Positions 23,476 to 37,431 of a stretch of DNA of 64,000 bases are shown piece after piece. Source of the DNA: Macrostomum lignano (Eukaryota); the NCBI GenBank assembly GCA_002269645.1, contig NIVC01002490.1, positions 1-64,000 on the forward strand, given 5' to 3'. Under the pieces are notes generated by a model. The model was given only the letters and a program-made list of their open reading frames with translations. It searched no databases and was not told the origin of the DNA. A program made the translations under genes and the position numbers. The stretch's first letter is position 1. Every line of letters starts with the position of its first letter.

Positions 23476-24410
23476 TGGGATTGATGGGGTGTACAATTTG
23501 AGGGTGTGGGATCGATGGGGTGTACAATTTGAGTGTGTGGGATCGATGGGGTGTACAATTGGAGGGTGTGGGATCGATGGGGTGTACAATTTGAGGGTGT
23601 GGGATCGATGGGGTGTACAATTGGAGGGTGTGGGATAAATGGGTGAACAATTGAAGGGTGTGGGATTGATGGGTGAACAATTGAAGGGTGTGGGATAAAT
23701 GGGTGAACAATTGAAAAGTGTGGGATTGATGGGTGAACAATTGAAGGGTGTGGGATTGATTGGTGAACAATTGAAGGGTGTGGGATAAATGGGTGAACAG
23801 TTGAAAAGTGTGGGATCGATGGGTGAACAATTGAAGGGTGTGGGATAAATGGGTGAACAATTGAAGGGTGTGGGATTGATTGGTGAACAATTGAAGGGTG
23901 TGGGATAAATGGGTGAACAGTTGAAAAGTGTGGGATCGATGGGTGAACAATTGAAGGGTGTGGGATAAATGGGTGAACAATTGAAGGGTGTGGGATCGAT
24001 GGGTGAACAATTGAAGGGTGTGGGATTGATTGGTGAACAATTGAAGGGTGTGGGATCGATGGGTGAACAATTGAAGGGTGTGGGATAAATGGGTGAACAA
24101 TTGAAGGGTGTGGGATCGATGGGTGAACAATTGAAGGGTGTGGGATAAATGGGTGAACAATTGAAGGGTGTGGGATCGATGGGTGAACAATTGAAGGGTG
24201 TGGGATAAATGGGTGAACAATTGAAGGGTGTGGGATTGATGGGTGAACAATTGAAGGGTGTGGGATTGATGGGTGAACAATTGAAGGGTGGGGATTGATG
24301 GGTGAACAATTGAAGGGTGTGGGATTGATGGGTGAACAATTGGAGGGTGTGGGATCGATGGGTGAACAATTGAAGGGTGTGGGATTGATTGGTGAACAAT
24401 TGAAGGGTGT
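23476..24410. repeat. Minisatellite, 30-bp unit GGGTGAACAATTGAAGGGTGTGGGATAAAT (~31 copies)
   Basis: Tandem unit read directly. Confidence 0.97.
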
Positions 24411-24683
24411 AACGTAACGGGATAGTTAAAGAGTACATTGCAACACATCAGTTAGCAGTTAGGACAGGTATATATTAGTAGCAGAAATCGGAATCGAATG
24501 AATAGCAACATTTGAGCAGTCTCAACAGTAACTTCGGCTAGTTAACCATGCAAGTGAGCAGCATTTGGCAACAACTGTTACTTTTTAATAATCAGATATG
24601 TCTGTTTTACCCGAACACACAAATTTGGCGTGTTACAATCAGGAGCTCCAATCAGAAGGTGACTAGGACTGGGTGTCGAACAG

Positions 24684-27600
24684 CTACTCAGACTTGACTT
24701 TGTCCCCGGCATCGCCGCTCGATGGCTCGGCCTCGTCAAAGCTCTGGCCGAATTCGTTTGTGCGACTTTTGTCCACGGGGTACAGCCTGATGGGGGATGG
24801 GGTGGATGGCGGATAGATCTCAGGAGAGATATGGGATAGATCTCACGATAGATATGGGATAGATCTCAGATAGATATGGAATGGATCTCAGGATACATAT
24901 GGCACAGATCCCAGGATAGATATGGGATAGATTTCAGGATAGATATGTCACAGATCCCAGGATAGATATGGGATAGATCTCACGATAGATATGGGATAGA
25001 TCTCACGATAGATATGGAATAGAGTTTAGGATATATATGGGATATTTTGGGATGGATTTTAGGATAGATGTCGAATATAAACGTAAAAAAAATATCGAAT
25101 TAAAAAATCGGCCTCACCAGCGCTGGTACATGTAGATGATGAAGATGACGTCATCGCGGAAGCAGGCCAGCCGGTGCGCGGTGGGCATTCGGATAATAAA
25201 AGCGAACAGGTCGTCAATGAAGGTATTGAAGGCTTTGTAGGTCAGCGCCTTCCACGGCAGGTGGGCCACGGATTTCATTTTGTAGTTAATGAACAGCTGA
25301 GGCGTCATGAACAGGAAGCCGAAGGCGTACACACCTGGGGAGGGGCGGGAAGGTGTAGGGTTGACAGCTGAACAGAGGCTGGCCCGGCAACTGACACTCT
25401 GGGAGGCTGGCCCAGCAACTGAAACTCTGGGAGGCTAGCCCAGCAACTGATGAGGATCTGAGAGGCTGGCCCAGCAACTGATGAGGATCTGAGAGGCTGG
25501 CCCGCAACTGATGAGGATCTGGGAGGCTGGCCCGCAACTGATGAGGATCTGGGAGGCTGGCCCGCAACTGATGAGGATCTGGGAGGCTGGCCCGCAACTG
25601 ATGAGGATCTGGGAGGCTGGCCCGCAACTGATGAGGATCTGGGAGGCTGGCCCGCAACTGATGAGGATCTGGGAGGCTGGCCCGCAACTGATGAGGATCT
25701 GGGAGGCTGGCCCGCAACTGATGAGGATCTGGGAGGCTGGCCCAGCAGCTGAGGATCTGGGAAGGTGGCGGTGGCCTTGCAACTGACACTCTGGGAGGCT
25801 GGCCCAGCAACTGACACCCTGGGAGGCTGGCCCAGCAACTGACACTCTGGGAGGCTGGCCCAGTAACTGACACCCTGGGAGGCTGGCCCAGTAACTGACA
25901 CTCTGGGAGGCTGGCCCAGTAACTGACACCCTGGGAGGCTGGCCCAGCAACTGACACTCTGGGAGGCTGGCCCAGCAACTGACACTCTGGGAGGCTGGCC
26001 CAGCAACTGACACCCTGGGAGGCTGGCCCAGCAACTGACACTCTGGGAGGCTGGCCCAGCAACTGACACCCTGGGAGGCTGGCCCAGCAACTGACACTCT
26101 GGGAGGCTGGCCCGGCAACTGACACTCTGGGAGGCTGGCCCAGCAACTGACACTCTGGGAGGCTGGCCCAGCAACTGACACCCTGGGAGGCTGGCCCAGC
26201 AACTGACACTCTGGGAGGCTGGCCCAGCAACTGAAGATCTGGGAGGCTGGTGGTCCAGCAAATTCCGGTTAACTTGATGCAGCAAAACCTCGGAGCGCAG
26301 TCTCCTGAACATCGCTGTACTCATAGAAGGCACAAGTTCTCATCTAAAACCAACTCCAGCGATTGCTCATTCGGTGGTACAAAAAGAGGAGCTTCAAGTG
26401 TGCTCAGGAAACTGCAGGCCTCACCCCAGCATTTCAACCCTCGAGCTGAGGCAGGCTAGGAAGAGAGGCAAAGTGAAAGCAAACAGAAGAGGAACATTCA
26501 GAGCACCTCTCTTATCTATTTTTCTGCGCTAAAACTTTTCAAAGGGGTATGCAGTTAGTGCAATAAGTATATCGGCAGATATCTGACATTGATAGGACAA
26601 AAATTGATACAAAAAGCCAATATCCCTGTCTGGCCCAGGCTCTCGGGAGAGATGAGGAAGTAAGCTAGGCTGAGTATCAATGCTTTGTGAGATGCGAGTG
26701 AGGAGGGAAGGGCTACTACTATATATAGTGGCCACTGCTCACTCCCATACAGGAAGACAGGCTATCCGGCTCTCTTAGGGAGGGATATAAATACACAGCC
26801 GCATATGACAGCCAGCGATGACTGCTGCGACCTTGAATGACCCCTCCCTATTGTTGACATTACAGCATTACAGACAACATAGCCGTTTGCAGACAGAAAC
26901 AGCCAAAAACAGACAGTTACAGACAAAACTGCCAAAAACAGGCAGTTACAGACAGAACAGCCAAAAAACAATCAGTTACAGACAGAAACAGCCAAAAACA
27001 GGCAGTTGCAGACAGAAACAGCCAAAAACAGGCAGTTGCAGACAGAAACAGCCAAAAACAGGCAGTTGCAGACAGAAACAGCCAAAAACAGGCAGTTGCA
27101 GACAGAAACAGCCAAAAACAGGCAGTTGCAGACAGAAACAGCCAAAAACAGGCAGTTACAGACAAAACAGCCAAAAACAGGCAGTTACAGACAGAAACAG
27201 CCAAAAACAGGCAGTTACAGACAGAAACAGCCAAAAACAGGCAGTTACAGACAAAACAGCCAAAAACAGGCTGTTGCAGACAGAAACAGCCAAAAACAGG
27301 CAGTTACAGACAAAACAGCCAAAAACAGGCAGTTACAGACAAAACAGCCAAAAACAGACAGTTACAGACAGAAACAGCTAAAAACAGGCAGTTACAGACA
27401 GAAATCGCCAAAAACAGGCGGTTACAGACAGAAACAGCCAAAAAACAGACAGTTACAGACAGAAACAGCCAAAACAGGCAGTTACAGACAGAAATCGCCA
27501 AAAACAGGCGGTTACAGACAGAAACAGCCAAAAAACAGGCAGTTACAGACAGAAACAGCCAAAACAGGCAGTTACAGACAGAAACCGCCAAAAACAGACA

Positions 27601-30600
27601 GTTACATACAGAAACAGCCTAAAACAGACAGTTACAGACAGAAACAGCCAAAAACAGGCAGTTACAGACAGAAATCGCCAAAAACAGGCGGTTACAGACA
27701 GAAACAGCCAAAAAACAGGCAGTTACAGACAGAAACAGCCAAAACAGGCGGTTACAGACAGAAACAGCCAAAAAACAGGCAGTTACAGACAAAACAGCCA
27801 AAAACAGGCAGTTACAGACAAAACAGCCAAAAACAGACAGTTACAGACAGAAACAGCCAAAAACAGGCAGTTACAGACAGAAATCGCCAAAAACAGGCGG
27901 TTACAGACAGAAACAGCCAAAAAACAGGCAGTTACAGACAGAAACAGCCAAAACAGGCAGTTACAGACAGAAATCGCCAAAAACAGGCAGTTACAGACAG
28001 AAATCGCCAAAAACAGGCAGTTACAGACAGAAACAGCCAAAAACAGGCAGTTACAGACAGAAATCGCCAAAAACAGGCGGTTACAGACAGAAACAGCCAA
28101 AAAACAGGCAGTTACAGACAGAAACAGCCAAAACAGGCAGTTACAGACAGAAATCGCCAAAAACAGGCAGTTACAGACAGAAATCGCCAAAAACAGGCAG
28201 TTACAGACAGGAACAGCCAAAACAGGCAGTTACAGACAAAACTGCCAAAAACAGGCGGTTACAGACAGGAACAGCAAAAAAACAGACAGTTACAGACAGA
28301 AACAGCCAAAAACAGACAGTTACAGATAAAACAATTAGAAATGGTCAGCCCTACAAATTCTACTATGGATTGGGAAACAAGATCACTCACAATTAGCCAT
28401 GCTGTTGATAGTCCAAGAGTACCAGGACTTGTGCGGCACGTACATCAGCGAGTAGATTGGGGCTCCTGCGCACAGAGGCAGCATCACATAGGACAGATAG
28501 CGAGTGCCCTGGGAATCCAGGGCCCCGGTCTTGCGCTCCGCCTCCGATCGTGGCGCCCAGGCCAGGCCGCGAAAGCTGATTGACACCTCGAAGATGCGAT
28601 GCAGGTGAGGGGGCGGCAGTAACAGCTGTTGATTACAGGGGTCAACGACCCCCCTTCCTTAGAATCCAAACAACAATTGAGATTCGAGACCCAGGGGCAA
28701 TGACCCCACCCTTTGAACCCAAGCCACAATTAAGGTTCCAGGCCCCAGGGTCAATGACCTCCTTTGAATCTAAACAACAACTCAGGTTCGAGACCCCAGG
28801 TACATGAACTTCTTAAACAACTCACAGTTGACTTCAACTGACACGCCAGGGGGTCATTGACCTCCCCTTAAAGGAAACATCAATCGACACGCCAGGGGTC
28901 AGTGACCTTCCCTTAAAGGGAAACATCAATCGACACGCCAGGGGTCAGTGACCTCCCCTTAAAGGAAACATCAATCGACACGCCAGGGGGTCATTGACCT
29001 CCCCTTAAAGGAAACATCAATCGACACGCCAGGGATCAGTGACCTCCCCTTAACGGAAACATCAATCGACACGCCAGGGGGTCAGTGACCTCCCCTTAAA
29101 GGAAATATCCAATCGACACGCCAGGGGTCAGTGACCTCCCCTTAAAGGAAACATCCAATCGACACGCCAGGGGGTCAGTGACCTCCCCTTAAAGGAAACA
29201 TCCAATCGACACGCCAGGGGTCAGTGACCTCCCCTTAAAGGAAACATCCAATCGACACGCCAGGGGGCAGTGACCTCCCCTTAAAGGAAACATCAATCGA
29301 CACGCCAGGGGTCAGTGGGTCAGTGACCTCCCCTTTGCCGAAAAATCGATATTCTGGCCCAGAGGGTCAGTGACCTCCCCTTTGCCGAAAAATCGATATT
29401 CTGGCCCAGAGGGTCAGTGACCTCCCCTTTGCCGAAAAATCGATATTCTGGCCCAGAGGGTCAGTGACCCCACTGCCAAAACCGAAAAGCGCCCTGAGCC
29501 TCACCTTGAACACCTTGGACAATTTCCACAGTTCGATGACGAGCTGCACAGCGGCGGGTGCCACCACCAGCAGGCTGGTCTTCTCCTCGGCCAGGTACAG
29601 CAGCACCACAAAGCCGCTGATGCAGCGCCACAACACGGCAGTGCTGGAGATGCCCACACTGCGGTCCATCTGGCGCCAGAATGCGATATCATTTTTGAAA
29701 GCCAGGAAATCGAAGACCAGGTGAAAGACGGACACGAAGATGGTCAGCAGCAGCAGGTAGAAATTGGTGTCGTTAAAAATTGCCTTCACATCGTCGATGT
29801 CGGTGTCGCGAAAGCCGAAGCTTTTCAACGATTCGACGGAGAGTTCCAGGGTCTGCAGGAGGCGAAGCTGCCCGATGCTCACGGGCTCGAAGCGGAGGGT
29901 GAGCAGGGCGCGAGTGTCCGTGGAGTTCACCTGGACCAGGTCGGCCTCTTTGAATGACAGCCGGCTGGCTGAGATGATTGGCAGGTAGGCGTCCTGCGAC
30001 TGAAGCCTGCATGCGGGGAATGAATTGATGAGGAATTCCATCACATTATATGACCTTGAGGTGATTCCGATTATTTTATCTAGATATATGACCTTGGGGA
30101 AATTCCACCAACATTATATGACTCTGGGGGTATTCCATCAATGGTATTTGACCTTGAGGTAATTCCATAAATATTATATGACCTTGAGGTGATTCCGATT
30201 ATTTTATCTAGATTATGACCTTGGGGAAATTCCACCAACGTTATATGACTCTGGGGGTATTCCATCAATGTTATTTGACCTTGGGGAAATTCCATCAATA
30301 TTATATGATCTTGAGGAAACTCCATCAATGCTATATGACCTTAAGGGAATTTGATAAATACCATACGGCCTTGAGGAAAGTCCATAAATATTATAGGACC
30401 TTGGGAAAACTTTAAGTAGATTCCACCCATCCAGGCGACTTTTCAGATTCAACACATTCCACACACTGACCTTGAGGAGGCTATCAAAGTAGATTGCCAC
30501 TAGGGGGGACATTCCAATTAGACGGATGACTTTACGGGCCTCAGATGGCCTTGGGGAAGAATATACTACTAGTATTTCAGATAACCTTGGGGGAACTCCA

Positions 30601-33600
30601 ATTCGTCTAGATGACTTTAATGGCATTCAAATGGTAAAAAATCGGGGCATCAGGGGTTCGAAATTCACAGAAAGCAGCAAAGTCCGACGCCTCACTTAAC
30701 AAGATGCTGCAGCTCCGGTGGAAAAGCATTCCGATCGAATGCGAACGGCGAATTCAGCGAGTTGATGGTCAGCACCGAGCGCCAGTGAATCCAAGGTGAG
30801 TCCGACTGCTAGCGGAGGGGCGGGTTTGCTTTTATGTGCCCGTGATACTAGTAACTAAATTAACACAGGTAATTCGATTCGTCGTGCAAGCGTTCCTCTT
30901 CAATATGGTATCTTATCTACAATAGCCCATACATCTATCCAGAATAACACACACACACACAAGAACGCACACAGCTATCCACAAGAACACACGCATCTGT
31001 CTACATTAACACACACAAATCTATCACACAATAACACACATCTATCCACAATAGAACACATCTAACCACAAGAACACGTCTCTAACCACAAGAACACACA
31101 CATCTAACCACAAGAACACTCACACACACACATATCCATCCACAAGAACACACACACATCTAACCACACAAACACACACACACACATCTATCCACAAAAA
31201 AAACACACACACACACATCTACCCACACAAACACACACACACACATCTATCCACACAAACACACACACACACATCTATCCACAAACACACACACACACAC
31301 ACATCTAACCACAAGAACACACACATCTATCCACAAGAACGCACAAATCAAACCACAAGAACACACATCTATCCACAAAAACACACACATCTATCCACAA
31401 AAACACACACACATTTAACCACAAGAACACACACACATCTATCCACAAGAACGCACAAATCAAACCACAAGAACACACATCTAACCACGAGAACACACAT
31501 CTATCACACAAGAACACATCTATCCACAATATAACACACATCTAACCACAAGAACGCACAAGTCTATCACACAAGAACACACAAATATATCACACAAGAA
31601 CACATCTATCCACAAGAACACAAATTGCATTAGCAAAGCCTCACTTTCGCACTTTCGCTGCCAACGCCCAACTTTGATGACGAATCCCCGCCGGCTCCCA
31701 GAAGGTTCCGAGCTCGAGCCCCAGGCTTCCTGAAGGCCGTCACGGTGATGGTGCTGTGAACAGCGTCAGGAGAGTGAACGCCGTGACTGGCACCCTCGGG
31801 GAACAGTGCCAGAGTGATCTGGTAGTCAGAAGCATTCTTTACTACTTGAACCGGCAGAGGCACAGAGAAGGTGCTGCAAGAAACAAGGGAAGACAATTTA
31901 TGTTACAGGTGGATTAATGTCTACGGCTAGCAGGGTCTGCGATATTCACAGGTCTCTGCTAGACTAAGAATCTTTGCATTTAACAAATACAGTAATATGC
32001 TTGCCTTTACATGTAAATATGTACAGAATCTGTCAGGCTGCTGTGTTCTGTTGTGTGTGCTGTTTTGTGTGCTGTTGTGTGTGCTGTTGTGTGTACTGTT
32101 TTGTGTGTTGTTGTGTGTGCTGTTGTGCGCTGTTTTGTGTGTTGTTGTGTGTGCTGTTATGTGTGCTGTTTTGTGTGTTGTTGTGTGTGCTGTTATGTGT
32201 GCTGTTTTGTGTGTTGTTGTGTGTGCTGTTATGTGTGCTGTTTTGTGTTGCTGTGTGTGCTGTTGTGTGTGCTGTTTTGTGTGCTGTTGTGTGTGCTGTT
32301 GTGTGTGTTGTTGTATGTGCTGTTTTGTGTGTTGTGTGTGCTGTTGTGTGTGCTGTTTTGTGTGTTGTTGTGTGTGCTGTTGTGTGCTGTTTTGTGTGTT
32401 GTTGTGTGTGCTGTTATGTGTGCTGTTTTGTGTGTTGTTGTGTGTGCTGTTATGTGTGCTGTTTTGTGTTGTTGTGTGTGCTGTTGTGTGTGCTGTTTTG
32501 TGTGTTGTTGTGTGTGCTGTTGTGTGTGCTGTTTTCAGTGGTCGTGGCGGGTCTCCTTCTAAATTTTCGCGCCACCCAAATTTTTTCGCGCCATAGGTAT
32601 CTATATATACACATACATGTGCAATCTCCAAAACTCGGTCAGCCGTGCGACTTAGTTTTAACAAAAATGCGACGTAGTTTTTGGCCAAAAATGCGACTTA
32701 CATATAAAAAAACCCGAAAGCAAAATTAACGCAACTTTGGGTAAACGGCAGGAGTAACTATGACTGTTTTATTAAGCTAAAATGCCTCGTCAGCTACTTA
32801 GTACTACTCTTCAGGTTATTTTTTGGGTGGGCATTTTTGCGACTTCCTTGATTGGCCGCCAAATCGGTCGGCCGGATCGGCCGACTCGGCCGACTGTTGC
32901 GCATGTATGTATATACAGCTAAGAATACCCAACAAATTCAGACATGCACATGTGAATATAAAGGTAAAAATAGTTATGGAGGTGCAGAACATCATGAAAT
33001 TTAATTATTCAAATGGGTGCCTGGAGTTTAAAGCTTCTTAATGAAAAAATAGCGCAAAAATGGGGGAATATTTTTCATATTTTCGCGCCATTAGCCATCC
33101 GCATTTTTCGCGCCATGGTCACAGAATTCGCGTATTCGCGCCATTTTCGCGCAGGCGCGAATTCGCGCCACCGCCACGACCACTGGCTGTTTTGTGTTGT
33201 TGTGTGCTGTTACGTGGTGTTGCGCATATAACATTAAGAAACCAGTCCAGATTTCACGCACCGTTCGAAGGGCTCCGTCAGTTTGAGGCTCCGCTCGGCG
33301 AAGATGAACTCCGCTTTGGTGCCCGGAACCGCTGAAGCCCTGCCGTAGAGCTCGAGCTGCGAGTTGGTTGGGTGCCAGTTCGAGTTTTTTTGGTATCTAA
33401 CTCAAACCACAGTAGATCAATATCTACCCACAGTAACCCCAGTGTCTACCCACAGTAGACCAATATCTATCCACAATAGCCAATATCTATCCACAATAAC
33501 TCAATATCTATCCACAATAACTCAATATCTATCCACAATAACTCAACATCTATCCACAATAACTCAACATCTATCCACAATAACTCAATATCTATCCACA

Positions 33601-35765
33601 ATAACTCAATATCTATCCACAATAACTCAACATCTATCCACAATAACTCAACATCTATCCACAATAACTCAACATCTATCCACAATAACTCAACATCTAT
33701 CCACAATAACTCAATATCTATCCACAATAACTCAACATCTATCCACAATAACTCAATATCTATCCACAATAACTCAACATCTATCCACAATAACTCAATA
33801 TCTATCCACAATAACTCAACATCTATCCTCAAAAACTCAATATCTATCCACAATAACTCAACATCTATCCACAATAACTCAATATCTATCCACAATAACT
33901 CAACATCTATCCTCAAAAACTCAATATCTATCCACAATAACTCAATATCTATCCACAATAACTCAACATCTATCCACAATAACTCAACATCTATCCACAA
34001 TAACTCAACATCTATCCTCAAAAACTCAATATCTATCCACAATAACTCAATATCTATCCACAATAACTCAACATCTATCCTCAAAAACTCAATATCTATC
34101 CACAATAACTCAATATCTATCCACAATAACTCAACATCTATCCACAATAACTCAACATCTATCCACAATAACTCAACATCTATCCTCAAAAACTCAATAT
34201 CTATCCACAATAACTCAATATCTATCCACAATAACTCAACATCTATCCTCAAAAACTCAATATCTATCCTCAAAAACTCAATATCTATCCACAATAACTC
34301 AACATCTATCCACAATAACTCAATATCTATCCACAACAACTCAATATCTATCCACAATAACTCAACATCTATCCACAATAACTCAATATCTATCCACAAT
34401 AACTCAATATCTATCCACAATAACTCAATATCTATCCACAATAACTCAACATCTATCCACAATAACTCAACATCTATCCACAATAACTCAATATCTATCC
34501 ACAATAACTCAATATCTATCCACAATAACTCAATATCTATCCACAATAGCCAATATCTATCCACAATAACTCAATATCTATCCACAATAACTCAACATCT
34601 ATCCACAATAACTCAATATCTATCCACAACAACTCAATATCTATCCACAATAACTCAATATCTATCCACAATAACTCAATATCTATCCACAATAACTCAA
34701 TATCTATCCACAATAACTCAATATCTATCCACAATAACTCAACATCTATCCACAATAACTCAATATCTATCCACAATAACTCAACATCTATCCACAATAA
34801 CTCAACATCTATCCTCAAAAACTCAATATCTATCCTCAAAAACTCAATATCTATCCACAATAACTCAACATCTATCCACAATAACTCAATATCTATCCAC
34901 AACAACTCAATATCTATCCACAATAACTCAACATCTATCCACAATAACTCAACATCTATCCTCAAAAACTCAATATCTATCCACAATAACTCAATATCTA
35001 TCCACAATAACTCAACATCTATCCACAATAACTCAATATCTATCCACAATAACTCAATATCTATCCACAATAACTCAATATCTATCCACAATAACTCAAT
35101 ATCTATCCACAATAACTCAATATCTATCCACAATAACTCAACATCTATCCACAATAACTCAATATCTATCCACAACAACTCAATATCTATCCACAATAAC
35201 TCAATATCTATCCACAATAACTCAATATCTATCCACAATAACTCAATATCTATCCACAATAACTCAATATCTATCCACAATAACTCAACATCTATCCACA
35301 ATAACTCAATATCTATCCACAATAACTCAACATCTATCCACAATAACTCAACATCTATCCATGTTGTACAGTAACCAAATATCTATCCACAATAACCCTC
35401 TATCTATCTACAGTCCCTCAATATCGATCCACACTAGCCCAATATCTGTCAAAACTAACGCTAATATGCTTTAAAATATGTCTAATACGTAAACTTCCCA
35501 AGCTACTCAAATATCTATCTACAATAACTCAAAAACCTAATCAGTTTAAAGTAAATACTCTGAACGCCAAAAAGTCAGCCTCCATTCAGCCTGCATCACT
35601 CACGGTAAACTTGGCTTTGCCCAAAGGAAACGCTGGCTGCAAGCAGTAGGCAGTGGACGAGGAGGCCGTGCATTCTTTCGGATAGAAGATGGACAGAAAC
35701 TGGTAGCCCACGTAGGCCACGTAGATGCAGGCCAGACTGATCAGAACTCCGCCGAATGAAGGCAT
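24684..35765 (-). CDS. CLPTM1L: Cleft lip and palate transmembrane protein 1-like (ER lipid scramblase), 8 exons, 537 aa
   Basis: Hand-assembled exons: 35765-35604, 33356-33262, 31873-31645, 30805-30696, 30006-29505, 28586-28391, 25334-25118, 24786-24684. All are GT-AG with consistent phases and total 1614 nt. Motifs: FDFLAFKNDI.FW, KSWYSW, YAFGFLFMTPQLFINYKMKSVAHLPWKALTYKAFNTFIDD, HRLACFRDD, YQRWLYPVDK. The length is close to human CLPTM1L (538 aa). Confidence 0.93.
24830..25070. repeat. Minisatellite, ~21-bp unit GATAGATATGGGATAGATCTC (CLPTM1L intron 7)
   Basis: Tandem unit read directly. Confidence 0.88.
25375..26250. repeat. Compound minisatellite, 28/30-bp units CTGGGAGGCTGGCCC(A)GCAACTGA(CACT/TGAGGAT) (CLPTM1L intron 6)
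   Basis: Two variant blocks of one unit family. Confidence 0.95.
26880..28340. repeat. Minisatellite, ~30-bp unit ACAGACAGAAACAGCCAAAAACAGGCAGTT (CLPTM1L intron 6)
   Basis: Tandem unit read directly. Confidence 0.97.
28830..29470. repeat. Minisatellites: ~41-43-bp unit GACACGCCAGGGGTCAGTGACCTCCCCTTAAAGGAAACATCAATC, then a 47-bp unit (about 3 copies) (CLPTM1L intron 5)
   Basis: Tandem units read directly; both share the core GGGTCAGTGACCTCCCC. Confidence 0.93.
30040..30640. repeat. Degenerate minisatellite, ~42-bp unit with core TATGACCTTG...TTCCATCAA (CLPTM1L intron 4)
   Basis: Degenerate tandem unit read directly. Confidence 0.82.
30945..31622. repeat. AC-rich minisatellite, unit ~ACACACATCTATCCACAAGA (CLPTM1L intron 3)
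   Basis: Tandem unit read directly. Confidence 0.92.
32040..32535. repeat. TG-rich minisatellite (TGTGTGCTGT-type), continuing briefly after the MITE at 33186-33215 (CLPTM1L intron 2)
   Basis: Tandem unit read directly. Confidence 0.93.
32536..33185. mobile_element. Non-autonomous hAT-like DNA transposon (MITE), 650 bp
   Basis: Perfect 15-bp TIRs CAGTGGTCGTGGCGG (32536-32550) and CCGCCACGACCACTG (33171-33185). 8-bp TSD GCTGTTTT (32528-32535 and 33186-33193). Subterminal TTCGCGC repeats near both ends. An 8-bp TSD with CAG termini is characteristic of hAT elements. Confidence 0.85.
33410..35400. repeat. Minisatellite, 21-bp unit AATATCTATCCACAATAACTC (~95 copies) (CLPTM1L intron 1)
   Basis: Tandem unit read directly; it explains the spurious long ORFs at 33364-35343. 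Confidence 0.98.
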
Positions 35766-35967
35766 TTCTTTTTAAAATAAAAATCTGTTAGTAAGGAATG
35801 ATCTACTGATGAGTAGTGAAATCGAATTTTTATCGAAGATCAGTTTAAAATCGAAGCATTGTCAGAAATTTACGCGTGCAAAATTGACGATTAAAGAGTG
35901 GGATTAATTAATTCAAAAAGTTTTCGTTTGGCTACTATCAGTAGTGAGTAGTAGGAAGTAGTGGGTG

Positions 35968-36690
35968 TCAAATTCAATGTCAGGATGCCAAACTCAATGT
36001 CAGAATGTCAAACTCAATGTCAGGCTGCCAAACTCAATGTCAGGATGCCAAACTCAATGTCAGAATGTCAAACTCAATGTCAGGCTGCCAAACTCAATGT
36101 CAGGATGCCAAACTCAATGTCAGGATGCCAAACTCAATGTCAGGATGCCAAACTCAATGTCAAGATGCCAAACTCAATGTCAGGATGCCAAACTCAATGT
36201 CAAGATGCCAAACTCAATGTCAGGATGCCAAACTCAATGTCAGGATGCCAAACTCAATGTCAGGATGCCAAACTCAATGTCAGGATGCCAAACTCAATGT
36301 CAGGATGCCAAACTCAATGTCAGGATGCCAAACTCAATGTCAGGATGCCAAACTCAATGTCAGGATGCCAAACTCAATGTCAGGATGCCAAACTCAATGT
36401 CAGGATGCCAAACTCAATGTCAGGATGCCAAACTCAATGTCAGGATGCCAAACTCAATGTCAGGATGTCAAACTCAATGTCAGGATGCCAAACTCAATGT
36501 CAGGATGCCAAACTCAATGTCAGGATGCCAAACTCAATGTCAGGATGCCAAACTCAATGTCAGGATGCCAAACTCAATGTCAGGATGTCAAAATCAATGT
36601 CAGGATGCCAAAATCAATGTCAGGATGCCAAACTGAATGTCAGGACGCCAAAATGAATGTCAAACATGTCGAAATGAATGTCAGGATCCC
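35968..36690. repeat. Minisatellite, 20-bp unit CAGGATGCCAAACTCAATGT (~35 copies)
   Basis: Highly homogeneous tandem unit. Confidence 0.98.
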
Positions 36691-37431
36691 AGGATTACTT
36701 TCAAATCGTACTGCATATTAAATTTAAAACAAAGAAAGATCGCACAAACACGTACAAAGCTCAAATAAATTGAAAATTTGCTTTTCAGCAGTTTGTCTTT
36801 ATTGGCTGTTATATTTATCGATCACGCAGGTGTTCAAGGCAGGCAGAAGCATAAATATTATGAGAATAAACACACAAGGGATTAAATATATAGGAAAAAG
36901 TAGCGTCAAATTGGACAAAAAAATTCACAAAAACAGCGCCGAGAGCACGCTTGCAAGGCCGAGTAAAATGAGTCGTGCATTTTCAAATGTGCAACAATAT
37001 AACAAAATAATAATAATAATTAGGCAAACAAACAGTGCACAGCAAATGTTTAGCAGAGTGATCGCTGGCAGCTAAATTAAACACACAAGACGCATATTAT
37101 ATTACTCCTACTACTGCTAAATAGTAATTAGCAACTACAAAAGGGTAAAATTCTACAACGGTTCACATCTGCTTAATAGCAAACACCGTTGCCATAGTAA
37201 CACAGTTGCCACACAATATTTGGCGGGAATGCAAGCGGAGGGCTAATTGGAGCGCAAAAATTGTTATTACGCTCGTAATAATGTTGCAAATAATTAACTA
37301 TAGGATTCTGCTGCCTACACAGGGTGCAATGTGTGCAGGAACTCACCGACACATCGGCGCAGAAATCACAAAAGGACGGAGATAAAAGTCATTCTCATAA
37401 ATTGCGACACATTACATTTGCTTTTGAGACA

